NCBI GenBank assembly: GCA_963832575.1
Contig: CAWHUT010000002.1
Span: forward strand, 125,827 to 189,826
From: an uncultured Alphaproteobacteria bacterium
Lineage (GTDB): Bacteria; Pseudomonadota; Alphaproteobacteria; ATCC43930; CGMCC-115725
Reading direction: 5' to 3'
Length of the DNA: 64,000 nt
The stretch's first letter is position 1, and every line of letters begins with the position of its first letter. The notes under the pieces are model-generated. The model searched no databases. It was not told the DNA's origin and saw only the letters and a program-made list of their open reading frames with translations. Both the position numbers and the translations under genes were made by a program. This document shows, one piece after another, positions 44,624 to 53,580 of the stretch.

Positions 44624-45145
44624 TCAGATGTCGACGCCCGGCCGCGCGAACTTGCGGTCCATGTGGCCCTTGCCTTCGAGATCGCCCAGATCGAAGAGCC
44701 AGGAATAGCCGCCCTTCGGGTTGGTCAGAATCTCCCAGCAATTCTCGTCGGCATCCCAGAAATAGAAGCTGTAGGTGCCGTGCTGCAGGATCGGCTTGCT
44801 GATCTTGTGCAGCCGCCATTTCTCCGCCTGCGCGCAGGCGATGCGATAGGCCTCGTCGACATCGGCCTGGGTCTCGACATCGAGGCCGTTGTGGTTGAGC
44901 AGGTTCATCTCCGCCGGCCGCTTGGAATAGACGACGGCATAGACATGCGGGCCGCCCAGGCGGATGATGAGCGAGATCGGGCTGGTGCGGTGAACCTCCA
45001 GGCCCAGGAACTCTTCGTAGAATTTCCGCGAGAATTCGAGGTCGCGCGATTCAAGCGTACCGTGCGACAGGAAATTGAGCTTCAGCGCCGGTTGTACTTT
45101 CGTCTCAACCTCTGGCGCTTCGGCCGTTGTGGGGGTCGTCGACAT
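44624..45145 (-). CDS. VOC-family (glyoxalase / extradiol-dioxygenase fold) protein
   Basis: LNFLSHGTLESRDLEFSRKFYEEFLGLEV ... HGTYSFYFWDADENCWEI is typical of the VOC beta-alpha-beta-beta-beta module pattern. Confidence 0.7.
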   Translation of the reverse strand: MSTTPTTAEAPEVETKVQPALKLNFLSHGTLESRDLEFSRKFYEEFLGLEVHRTSPISLIIRLGGPHVYAVVYSKRPAEMNLLNHNGLDVETQADVDEAYRIACAQAEKWRLHKISKPILQHGTYSFYFWDADENCWEILTNPKGGYSWLFDLGDLEGKGHMDRKFARPGVDI

Positions 45146-45199
45146 GAGGCATCTCCCGGACGGTTGGCTGTGACCGTTACCGGAAAATCCTAACAGGGA

Positions 45200-46018
45200 T
45201 CATTCTGGGTCGCCATGGTGATCGATCCGGTCGGCAAGGTCGTGCAGGATGGTGCGGAGCGCCGTGGCAAAGGGCGCGGGCTCGATCATGAAGGCCAGGT
45301 GGTTTCCGGGAACGTCGGCGTATCGGCCGCCGACCAGCGGCGCGAGAAGACGCGCCGTGCGCGCATAGTAGGCCTCGCCGCTGGCGCGCCCAGCCGCGGT
45401 CACCACAGGAACCTTGCTGCGGCGGATGGCGTCGAGATCCGGCTCGTAGCCGCTGAGGTTCAGAAATTCGTGGGCCATGAAGAATTGGACGTCGAGGGGA
45501 TCGGCGAGTTCACCGATCGGCATCCTGTCGAACCCGACAAGGGTGCCCATGAACAGCTTCATCGCAGCCCCGGCCCCCTCGGCCAGGAACTTCGCATGGA
45601 CGGCGGCAACGGGGGTCAAATCCTTGTCGGCGGCCGGCAGCAGAGCCTTGATCGGCGGCTCGTGCGCGATCAATCCCTTGACCAGGCGGGGATGAGCCCC
45701 GGTCAGCGCGAGACTGATATTGGCGCCACCGCTGTTGCCGAAGACAAAGGCGCTCTCCGCCCCCATCGCGCGGATGACCGCCGCGGCATCGCGCGCCTGT
45801 TGCGCCATGTCGAGGTCGGCGTTCCTGTCGCCGGTGCTGCGTCCGCGCGCGCGCCGGTCATAGGTCACGACGGTGAATTCATCGGCAAGGATCGCCGCCA
45901 CCTGCGCGTAGCAGCTTCCCGCGCCGCCGCCGCCCGCGATGGTCAGCAGCATCGGGCCGTGGCCGACATGGTCGTAGGCGATGTCGGCGCCTTCGGTGTG
46001 GACTTTACTGGTAGTCAT
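45200..46018 (-). CDS. Alpha/beta-fold hydrolase
   Basis: Start at MTTSKVHTEG (GGAGG RBS). GNSGG nucleophile elbow. HGPMLLTIAGGGG oxyanion region. Confidence 0.8.
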   Translation of the reverse strand: MTTSKVHTEGADIAYDHVGHGPMLLTIAGGGGAGSCYAQVAAILADEFTVVTYDRRARGRSTGDRNADLDMAQQARDAAAVIRAMGAESAFVFGNSGGANISLALTGAHPRLVKGLIAHEPPIKALLPAADKDLTPVAAVHAKFLAEGAGAAMKLFMGTLVGFDRMPIGELADPLDVQFFMAHEFLNLSGYEPDLDAIRRSKVPVVTAAGRASGEAYYARTARLLAPLVGGRYADVPGNHLAFMIEPAPFATALRTILHDLADRIDHHGDPE

Positions 46019-46059
46019 GGAATGCCTCCGCATCGCTGCTGCGCCGGCCGATACCGTCG

Positions 46060-47238
46060 CTATTGCCACTCCATCGGCAATCCGACGTAATTCTCCGCCC
46101 AGGTCATCGCGCCGGCGCGGGAACTCGTGATGTAGTCGATCTCGGCAAGCTGACGGCGGCGGTCGAACGCGCTGTCATCTTCGAAGCGGTGCAGGAGCTG
46201 GGTCATCCACCACGAGAAGCGCTGCACCTTCCACACCCGGCGCAGACAGACACGCGTATAGTCCGCGAGGAGGTCGCTGCGGTGGTCCTTGTAGAACGCG
46301 GTCAGCGCGCGGGCGAGCACGCGCACGTCGGCGATCGCCAGGTTCATGCCCTTGGCGCCGGTCGGCGGCACGATGTGCGCGGCGTCTCCAGCCAGGAAAA
46401 GGCGGCCATATTGCATGGGCTCGACCGCGAAGCTACGCATGTCGGTGATGCCCTTCTGCACGATCGGACCTTCGGAGAGCTTCCATCCCGCGCCGCCCGC
46501 CGTCCTCAAGCGCATCTCGTCCCAGATCTGCGCATCGCTCCAATCGTCGATGTTCTCGTCGCGCGCGCATTGGAAATAGAGCCGGCTCAATGTCGGCGTC
46601 CGCATGGTGAGAAGCGCGAAGCCGCGCTCGTGATGGGTGTAGACGAGCTCGTCCTTGGTCGGCGGCGCCTCGGCAAGGATGCCGAGCCAGGCGAAGGGAT
46701 AGGTGCGATCGAAATAGGTGATCTTGTCGGGCGGAACGCTCGTGCGGCTGATGCCGTGGAAGCCGTCGCACCCGGCGATGTAGTCGCATTCGATCTGCTG
46801 CGGTGCGCCGTCTTTGGTGAAGGTGATGCGCGGACGCGGTCCTTCGAGATCGTGAAGCGCTACGTCGGTCACCTCGAAGAAAATGGGCGCGCCGTAGCCA
46901 AGGCGCACGGCAACCAGATCCTTCACCACCTCCTGCTGCGCATAGATCATCACCGCCTTGCCGACGAGATCTTCGAAATCGAGGCGATGCAGCTCGCCCT
47001 TGAACTTGATGTAGAGGCCGCCATGGACCATGCGCTCGCGCAGCATGCGCTCGCCCACGCCGGTCTCGATCAGGAGATCGGCGCTGCCCTGCTCGAGGAG
47101 ACCCGCCCGCAATCGATGCTCGATATAGTGCCGGCTCTTGTCCTCGATGACGATCGTCTCGATGCCCGCGAGATGGAGAAGATGGGCGAGCACGAGACCG
47201 GCGGGGCCGGCCCCGACAATCCCGACCTGGGTGCGCAT
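46060..47238 (-). CDS. pobA: 4-hydroxybenzoate 3-monooxygenase-like flavoprotein hydroxylase
   Basis: MRTQVGIVGAGPAGL (start with GGAGG RBS), CDGFHG, and LAGDAAHIVPPTGAKGMNLA. About 392 aa, collinear with PobA as I remember it. Confidence 0.75.
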   Translation of the reverse strand: MRTQVGIVGAGPAGLVLAHLLHLAGIETIVIEDKSRHYIEHRLRAGLLEQGSADLLIETGVGERMLRERMVHGGLYIKFKGELHRLDFEDLVGKAVMIYAQQEVVKDLVAVRLGYGAPIFFEVTDVALHDLEGPRPRITFTKDGAPQQIECDYIAGCDGFHGISRTSVPPDKITYFDRTYPFAWLGILAEAPPTKDELVYTHHERGFALLTMRTPTLSRLYFQCARDENIDDWSDAQIWDEMRLRTAGGAGWKLSEGPIVQKGITDMRSFAVEPMQYGRLFLAGDAAHIVPPTGAKGMNLAIADVRVLARALTAFYKDHRSDLLADYTRVCLRRVWKVQRFSWWMTQLLHRFEDDSAFDRRRQLAEIDYITSSRAGAMTWAENYVGLPMEWQ

Positions 47239-47255
47239 GTTTGGACCTCCCCTCG

Positions 47256-47915
47256 TTAAGCCGGACGCTTTCCGGTCGCCCGTTCGGGCTGCTGCAAGCC
47301 CGCGCAAACGATGTCGAACTGCTGGCGCAAATGGCCGAGGCTGCCTTTCACGTCCGGGCGATCCGCCGCCAGGCAGAACCTGATCTCCGTGCGATAGAGA
47401 CTGAAGAGCACGTGCGCTGCAAGTTCCGGCGCAACGCCGGTGGCGACGGTGCCGGCGTGTTGCGCCGCAACAATGATCTCGGCGAGCCGCCGTTCCGTCT
47501 TTTGCACGCCGTCCCAGATCCGCTGGGCAACCAAACCGTCGGTGAAGGTGATCTCGGTCATCATCTGGCGCGACAGATGCGGCGTCTTGCTGAAGAAGCG
47601 ATAGAATTCCTCGAAAAAACCGATGAGCTGATCGACCAGGGGCTTGCTGCGATCAACGCGCTGCGTCGCGCGCTCGGTGAGCGCGTCGAGCTCATCATCG
47701 AACAGCAGGAGCAGCAGATCCCGCTTGTCCTTCGCATAGAGAAACAAGGTGCCGAAGGCCACATCCGCGCGCGTGGCGATGTCGCGCACGGTTGCGGCCT
47801 CGAACCCGTTGCGGACAAACACCTCCCGCGCCGCGCGGCGGATGCGGGCAAGCTTTTCGCGCTTGTTCGCCTCTCGGCGTCCCGTCGGCAACAGGGCCAC
47901 GGCATTGGCCGGCAT
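47256..47915 (-). CDS. TetR/AcrR-family transcriptional regulator
   Basis: HTH region FEAATVRDIATRADVAFGTLFLYAKDK. First gene of the minus-strand pobA cluster. Confidence 0.85.
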   Translation of the reverse strand: MPANAVALLPTGRREANKREKLARIRRAAREVFVRNGFEAATVRDIATRADVAFGTLFLYAKDKRDLLLLLFDDELDALTERATQRVDRSKPLVDQLIGFFEEFYRFFSKTPHLSRQMMTEITFTDGLVAQRIWDGVQKTERRLAEIIVAAQHAGTVATGVAPELAAHVLFSLYRTEIRFCLAADRPDVKGSLGHLRQQFDIVCAGLQQPERATGKRPA

Positions 47916-47984
47916 CGGGAACCGTGCTCCGAATAGCCAAAATAATGCAGCGCAAAGATAGGCGCTTGAAGGCCCCCAAGTCCA

Positions 47985-48014
47985 GTGACAAAATGAACGC
48001 GATCATTTTTGCAC
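47985..48014. promoter_or_regulatory. Imperfect palindrome, candidate TetR operator in the divergent promoter region
   Basis: GTGACAAAATGA-acgcga-TCATTTTTGCAC. 10 of 12 positions are complementary (perfect core AAAATGA/TCATTTT). An AT-rich island in a GC-rich spacer. Confidence 0.4.
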
Positions 48015-48121
48015 GCGGGCCGGCATGGCCCGCAAGAGCCGGCCGGTGCGCCCGCGCCCGACCCATTGTAAAGTGGCGCGCACCCCACGCGCCTGACCGC
48101 CGGGAGGGAGGCCGCCAACTC

Positions 48122-49102
48122 ATGCCCTACACCGTCCCCGAACCGCACCTCAACCGCTCCATCACTCTGCAATTCCAGGGCGACTGGGGGCAAGCGAATC
48201 TGCACCGCATCCTGGGCTGGCTGAGCCAGGAGATCGTCGACCGCACCGGTCCGTTCACCCGCGTCGGTATCTGGAGCGGGCGCGGTGGGCTCGATGCGAT
48301 CCAGGCGGTCGGGCGGGGCCAAGTCGATATCGCGCTCGCCGTGCCGAGCGCCTTCGTGCCGATGACGCTTGAGGGCAAAGGCATCGCCAAGGGCGAGGCG
48401 TTTCCCACGCTGCGCGCGCTCGGCACCATGCCGCAGACCGATCGCCTCGTGGTCGCCGTCAGGGCCGAGCACGCCATCCGCTCGTTCGACGATTTCCGCC
48501 GCAAGGCACCGAAGCTGACCATCACCGCCTCACCGGATGACGGCGTCAACACCGTCGGTTACGCTGCCCAGCGGCTGATGGAGAGCGCCGGTCTGCCGCG
48601 CGCCAAGATCGAATCCTGGGGCGGTCGCTTCATCGAACGCGAACGCCCGAATGAGTGCGTCGCGCTGGTGCGCGAGGGAGAGGCCGATGCCATCATCCAC
48701 GAGGCGATCATGACGCAGTGGTGGCAAGACCTCGCCAATTCCACCCCTCTGTCTTTCCTGGCCGTAGAGGAGTCCATGCTGGCGACCATGATGCAGGACT
48801 ACCAATGGCCGCGTGCAATGCTCCCGTCGGGCTACCTCAAGGGCATCGATGGGGAGCTGACGACGCTCGATTTCTCGGATTTCCTGATGATCGCGCGCGA
48901 AGATCTGCCGGACGACGTGGCCTATCTCCTGGCCTGGTGCATGTGCGAGCGGCGCGACGTGATCGAGCGCTTCTACCGCCACATCCCGCCGGAGCGCAGT
49001 CCGGTGACCTATCCGCTGGTGCCGGCAAAGATCGCCCACACGAGCATACCGCTTCATCCCGGCGCTGAACGCTACTACCGACAGGCAAAGGTGATCCCAT
49101 GA
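48122..49102 (+). CDS. TAXI/NMT1-like periplasmic-binding-protein-fold protein without signal peptide
   Basis: GGGAGGGAGG RBS before ATG 48122. GRGGLDAIQAVGRGQVDIALAVPSAFVPMT...LRALGTMPQTDRLVVAVR resembles TAXI-family solute receptors. The N-terminus MPYTVPEPHLNRS is not hydrophobic. Confidence 0.5.
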   Translation: MPYTVPEPHLNRSITLQFQGDWGQANLHRILGWLSQEIVDRTGPFTRVGIWSGRGGLDAIQAVGRGQVDIALAVPSAFVPMTLEGKGIAKGEAFPTLRALGTMPQTDRLVVAVRAEHAIRSFDDFRRKAPKLTITASPDDGVNTVGYAAQRLMESAGLPRAKIESWGGRFIERERPNECVALVREGEADAIIHEAIMTQWWQDLANSTPLSFLAVEESMLATMMQDYQWPRAMLPSGYLKGIDGELTTLDFSDFLMIAREDLPDDVAYLLAWCMCERRDVIERFYRHIPPERSPVTYPLVPAKIAHTSIPLHPGAERYYRQAKVIP

Positions 49103-49806
49103 CGACCGAGAGGACGATACCGAAGCCCGATCCCCAGCGCGAGCCGCTCAAGGTCAATGTCTATCGCTTCGTGCAGAATTGCACGACGACGCTTGCGCCG
49201 CTCTTCCCCTATGTCGACGAAGGCGCGATCGTGCCCTGCGCCGCCACCTTTCGCGGCGCGCCCGGCAAGCGCTACGGACGCTTTCAGCATTTCAACACGG
49301 TGGACGAGGTGGCGGTGGTCTGGGGTGGTTCGGGCAGTCAGCGCCGCGGCGCCGGCCTCGTTCATGTCGGCCCTAAGCTGCATCTTGTCGCGCCGATGGA
49401 GAACGCCGAGAATCCCGAGGACACCAACGTCATCGTGATCACGCAGCGCCAAGCGGTCGGCAAGGCGCAGCGCGAAGAAATCCGCTTCATCTGCGACAAG
49501 TGCGACCGGCGCCTCTTCATCGAGGAGCTGGACGCGACGCCGGCGAAGCGCGGCACGAAGCCCGCCATGGGCACGGCCCCCTTTATCACGCTCGCCGAGA
49601 CCTACAAGGCCGCCCAACGCTTCAACGCCGACGAGGCCGCGCGCAAGTGCCCGCATTGCGGGCACCAGAACCCGCCCTTCCCGATCGAGGCCTGGGGATG
49701 GGATGTGTATGTCAACCAATCCGAGATCGCGCTGCGCGGCACCGTGGCGATCGCCGAGGCGCGCGTCGCGGGTCCGCCGCAAGGCGGCGCCAAGGGAGGG
49801 CGATGA
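49099..49806 (+). CDS. 3-hydroxyanthranilate-3,4-dioxygenase (HAO)-like cupin, paralogue A (metal triad retained)
   Basis: QHFNTVDE (H-x5-E) and KLHLV His. C-terminal CDKC...CPHC rubredoxin-like site aligned with the HAO pattern (W/F)xC(D/E)xC...(R/K)xCxxCG. ATGA overlap with the upstream gene. Confidence 0.6.
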   Translation: MTTERTIPKPDPQREPLKVNVYRFVQNCTTTLAPLFPYVDEGAIVPCAATFRGAPGKRYGRFQHFNTVDEVAVVWGGSGSQRRGAGLVHVGPKLHLVAPMENAENPEDTNVIVITQRQAVGKAQREEIRFICDKCDRRLFIEELDATPAKRGTKPAMGTAPFITLAETYKAAQRFNADEAARKCPHCGHQNPPFPIEAWGWDVYVNQSEIALRGTVAIAEARVAGPPQGGAKGGR

Positions 49807-49807
49807 C

Positions 49808-50392
49808 ATGCCGCGCAATCACAACGTCATGACCTTTGCCAATGCAGGCACGGCGGGGCCCTATGACGAGCGGCCGATGCTGCCCGACACGCTCGACCTG
49901 CAGATCTACCTGAGCCGGAACGACCGGCCGCAGCCGTTCTTCCTGATCTGTCAGCACGACACGGTCCTGTTCGCGTTCTCGGGCGAGGGCCATGTCGAGT
50001 ACAAGGACGCCTCGGTGCTGCGCCATACCTACGAAGTCGGCGATCACCTCTATGTGCCGGCCGGCGTCCCGCACCGGATCGTCCCGCAATCCCCGTCGCT
50101 CCAGTACCGCTACAAGCTGCCGGAGACGGAGCTCGAGGGCGTCGCGTGGTATTGCGAGGGCTGCGGCAAGGAGCTTTACCGCGAGATCTGGGAGATCGCC
50201 GCCGAACTGCCGCAGGAGGCCTATCTGCGGATCACCAGCGCCTTCAACGCCGACGCGAAGCATCGCACCTGCGGCGCCTGCGGCGCGGTCCATCCGACCA
50301 TCGATCTCGCGCCCTATCGCTGGAGCGCGATTGCCCGCGAGCTCAAGGCCGAGGCGACGCCCGAACCCGCGAAAGCGAACGCGGCGTCGTGA
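49808..50392 (+). CDS. HAO-like cupin, paralogue B (carboxylate ligand missing)
   Basis: QHDTVLFAF has no Glu at +5/+6. VPAGVPHRIVPQ, then WYCEGCGKELY...FNADAKHRTCGACGAVHP closely mirrors the HAO C-terminal 4-Cys site. Confidence 0.65.
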   Translation: MPRNHNVMTFANAGTAGPYDERPMLPDTLDLQIYLSRNDRPQPFFLICQHDTVLFAFSGEGHVEYKDASVLRHTYEVGDHLYVPAGVPHRIVPQSPSLQYRYKLPETELEGVAWYCEGCGKELYREIWEIAAELPQEAYLRITSAFNADAKHRTCGACGAVHPTIDLAPYRWSAIARELKAEATPEPAKANAAS

Positions 50393-50423
50393 CGGCAACG
50401 ACGCCACTGCGAAGGACAATTTC

Positions 50424-50972
50424 ATGGCCAGCCGCTTCTTCGACACCTTCCTGGACGAGCTGCAGGCGCGCACCGAGATTGCCGACACGCTCCTGCGCTT
50501 CATCCGCGGCATCGACCGCCAGGATTGGGCGCTGGCGCGCTCGACCTATCATGACGATGCCATCGACGAGCACGGATTTTTCCGCGGCCCGGCCGATGAG
50601 TTCTTAGGCATCGTCGCGCGCCTGCACGAGCACCAGGAGCATTCGATGCATGTGATGTCGAACATGCTGATCGAGTTTACCGCGCGCGACCGGGCGCTGG
50701 TCGAGACCTACTGCCTGGTGTTCCAGCGCTTCGGCCCGGGGGCTGCCGGCGTCGCGCCCGGCAGCAAGGGCGTGCGCAAGATGGCTACCGCGCGCTATAT
50801 CGACCGCTTCGAAGCGCGCAACGGCGAGTGGCGCGTGGCGCACCGCACGCTGGTGTTCGGCGATATCCAGGATCAGCCGCTCGAAGCGCCCGTCACCTTC
50901 CCGCCCGGGTTCGTCGAGCAGCGCCACGGCATGGACGATTTCCTCTACACGGCACAAGCCATGACGGCGTGA
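50424..50972 (+). CDS. SnoaL/NTF2-like fold protein
   Basis: ELQARTEIADTLLRFIRGIDRQDWALARSTYHDDAIDEHG...RYIDRFEARNGEWRVAHR is the typical SnoaL_4 pattern. Confidence 0.7.
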   Translation: MASRFFDTFLDELQARTEIADTLLRFIRGIDRQDWALARSTYHDDAIDEHGFFRGPADEFLGIVARLHEHQEHSMHVMSNMLIEFTARDRALVETYCLVFQRFGPGAAGVAPGSKGVRKMATARYIDRFEARNGEWRVAHRTLVFGDIQDQPLEAPVTFPPGFVEQRHGMDDFLYTAQAMTA

Positions 50973-50983
50973 TCCCGCGCCCC

Positions 50984-52252
50984 CTAGCGGCGCACCTGGC
51001 CGGGCACCCTACTGCGGCCGAGGCGGATCGGCGCCAGCAGCAGCGCGCCGCAGGCCATGCCGATGCTGAGGAAAAACAGCGCGGAATTGAACGATCCCGT
51101 CGTTTCGCGCAGCCAGCCGATGATATTCGATCCGAAGAACCCGGCGCTGTTGCCGATCATATTGATCAAGGCCAGACCGCCGGCCATGGCCGTGCCGCTG
51201 AGAAAGCCCATGGGGATCGTGAAGACGACGCTCAATGCGCAGCCCAGACCGAAGCCGGTGAGCACGAGCCCGGCGAAGGCGACCGACGGCAGGGCGGCGA
51301 CGCTGCTGATCATGAGACCCAGGGCGCCGATCAGCGCGCCACCGACAAAATGCCACTCCCGCTCCTGCACCCGATCGGAGTGCCAGGAATTCACCACAAA
51401 GCCGAGGGCGAGGCCGATGAAGGGGATGGTGGTCAAGAGGCTGACCTGAAGGTTGGAGAGGCCGGACATCTGCTTGACGATCTGCGGCATCCAGAAGCCC
51501 ATGCCGTAGGTGGTGAGCGTGACGCAGAAGAACGCGATGCCCGTGCGCCAGACGCGGGCGCTGGTGGCGGCCATGCGCAGGGTGCCTATGCCGTGCGCCG
51601 AGCTTTCCACCGTGTCTTTGGCCAATTCACCCGTCAGCCAGGCACGCTGCGCGTCGCTGAGCCAGCGCGCCTTCTCCGGGCGGTCCGTCAGGAAGCGCAG
51701 GGTGAAAATCCCGAACAGAATCGACGGCACGCCCTCGACGATGAACAGCCATTGCCAGCCCGCCAGACCGGCCACGTGGTCGAGCGACAGCACCAGACCG
51801 GCAATCGGGCCGCCGATGATGACCGAGAACGGAATGGCGAGCGCCGACACCACCACCGACTTGGCCCTGTATCGCTTGGGCGCCCAAAGATTGATGACAT
51901 AGACGGACCCGGGGGCAAAACCGGCCTCGGCGAGGCCGAGCAGAAAGCGCAGCGCGTAAAACGACTTTGCGCCGGATATGAAGGCCATAAGCATGGCCAC
52001 GACGCCCCAGCTGATGCAGATGCGCGACAGCCAGATCCGGCCGCCGAGTTTTTCCAGCAAGACGTTGCTCGGGATCTCGAACAGCAGATAACTGAGGAAG
52101 AACAGCCCCGCGGCAAATCCGAACACTTCGGCGTTGAGGCCGAGCTGCCGGTTCATTTGCAGGGCGGCGAAGCCGATATTCGACCGGTCGAGCTGATTGA
52201 GAAAAAACATGATGAAAAGCACGTAGAATACGCGCCTGCGGACCTGCCGCAT
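50984..52252 (-). CDS. MFS transporter (anion:cation symporter-like)
   Basis: Start taken at MRQVRRRVFYVLFIMFFLNQLDRSNIGFA, typical of the ACS-subfamily N-terminus. 12-TM-like hydrophobicity. Confidence 0.8.
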   Translation of the reverse strand: MRQVRRRVFYVLFIMFFLNQLDRSNIGFAALQMNRQLGLNAEVFGFAAGLFFLSYLLFEIPSNVLLEKLGGRIWLSRICISWGVVAMLMAFISGAKSFYALRFLLGLAEAGFAPGSVYVINLWAPKRYRAKSVVVSALAIPFSVIIGGPIAGLVLSLDHVAGLAGWQWLFIVEGVPSILFGIFTLRFLTDRPEKARWLSDAQRAWLTGELAKDTVESSAHGIGTLRMAATSARVWRTGIAFFCVTLTTYGMGFWMPQIVKQMSGLSNLQVSLLTTIPFIGLALGFVVNSWHSDRVQEREWHFVGGALIGALGLMISSVAALPSVAFAGLVLTGFGLGCALSVVFTIPMGFLSGTAMAGGLALINMIGNSAGFFGSNIIGWLRETTGSFNSALFFLSIGMACGALLLAPIRLGRSRVPGQVRR

Positions 52253-52491
52253 TGTGCTGCGCTCAATGTTCTCCACTTGCACCTCAGCGATTTGCCGGCA
52301 TGAGAACGACGACGTGGCCGATATCCATCGCCGGCTCATCGACCGGTGGCCGGCCGCGACGACCTTATCATGCACAACCAGGAAATCGAGGGGGTCAGCC
52401 AGATGGGTGGACGTACCCGACCGCCTCGACGGACTTGCCGAGGGTGCGGAAAGAGGACACCCTGATGCGCCCTAATACGGGAGCAACAACG

Positions 52492-52803
52492 ATGATCAAG
52501 GTCAGCGTGCTTTACCCGCACAAGGACGGCGGCAAGTTCGACATGGACTACTATCTGACGAAACACATGCCGCTGGTTCGGCAAAGGCTCGGCGCCGCCC
52601 TGAAAGGCATCTCAGTGGAGCAAGGCATTGCCGGAGGTGCGCCCAATTCGCCGCCGCTCTTCGTCGCCCTTGGCCATCTGCTCTTCAACAATGTCGCCGA
52701 GCTTCAGGCGGCGATGGCCCCCCATGACGCGGAACTCAGGGGCGACATTCCCAATTTCACCAACATCCAGCCGACCTTTCAGATCAGCGAAGTGAAGATG
52801 TAG
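52492..52803 (+). CDS. EthD-family protein
   Basis: MIKVSVLYPHKDGGKFDMDYYLTKHMPLV...IPNFTNIQP matches the EthD (TIGR02118-like) pattern. Confidence 0.75.
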   Translation: MIKVSVLYPHKDGGKFDMDYYLTKHMPLVRQRLGAALKGISVEQGIAGGAPNSPPLFVALGHLLFNNVAELQAAMAPHDAELRGDIPNFTNIQPTFQISEVKM

Positions 52804-52863
52804 CGCGACAGCATTCGCTGCCTCGTCATCTCAACCTCATATATTGGCGCATTTCGCGCGATC

Positions 52864-53166
52864 TTATGGCGGCGTCCCGCGTTGGCGCTCGGCCTCGAGG
52901 AGGATGCGCGCGAGCGCGCGCATCATGCTGTCGGCCGCCTCGCGCAGCCCGTCCAGAGCCTGATCGGTGGGGTTGGCGGCGGCGGCGTCGAGCGCGCCCT
53001 TCAATCGTACGAACTCGTCGAGGATGCGTTGGCGCAGCGCCGGATCGACGCCAGGACGATCATCATCCCCATTGCCGGCCACGTCGATCCTCCAGCGCGC
53101 GTTGACAGGCTGTTTGCCGGCGCGCGGACAAACGGGGGAAGCCGGGCCGGCCGGAAGCCGGCGCAC
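52864..53166 (-). CDS. Hypothetical small helical protein (coding status uncertain)
   Basis: 100-aa ORF. The C-terminal two-thirds is helical-looking (PALRQRILDEFVRLKGALDAAA...MMRALARILLEAER). No motif recognised. Confidence 0.25.
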   Translation of the reverse strand: MRRLPAGPASPVCPRAGKQPVNARWRIDVAGNGDDDRPGVDPALRQRILDEFVRLKGALDAAAANPTDQALDGLREAADSMMRALARILLEAERQRGTPP

Positions 53167-53580
53167 CGGTCATTGATCCTCAAGGGCCGCGGCACGAGCG
53201 AAGCCTCCGAGGATAGCGCCGCGGCAGAGCCGGCCGCGTTCTCCGGTGGCGGTCACATGCCCCGGGACGCATCGGCTACGATCCGCCCCCGCACAGCGAG
53301 ACGAGCTTGCTTAGGAGAAGGGTGGCCGCGGCGTCTTTTCGTGGACTCAAGGCGACCTCCAGGCCACCTGAAGCGGCGACGCTCAAATGCCCGATGAGCA
53401 GTCCCATCAGCCGATCCGTCGCGTTGCCCGCGACCGCCGCTGCTCCTGGCACCGCCGGTGCCCGCTCGGGCTCTGCAGCGGTGAGCCCTGCGGAGACAGA
53501 CCATCCGTCCTCCGCGGCGGCCGGGCGCGGCACCGAAGAAGACCGCGGGCCTGCGCGCCTATGTACGGGTCCTGCCCGAG

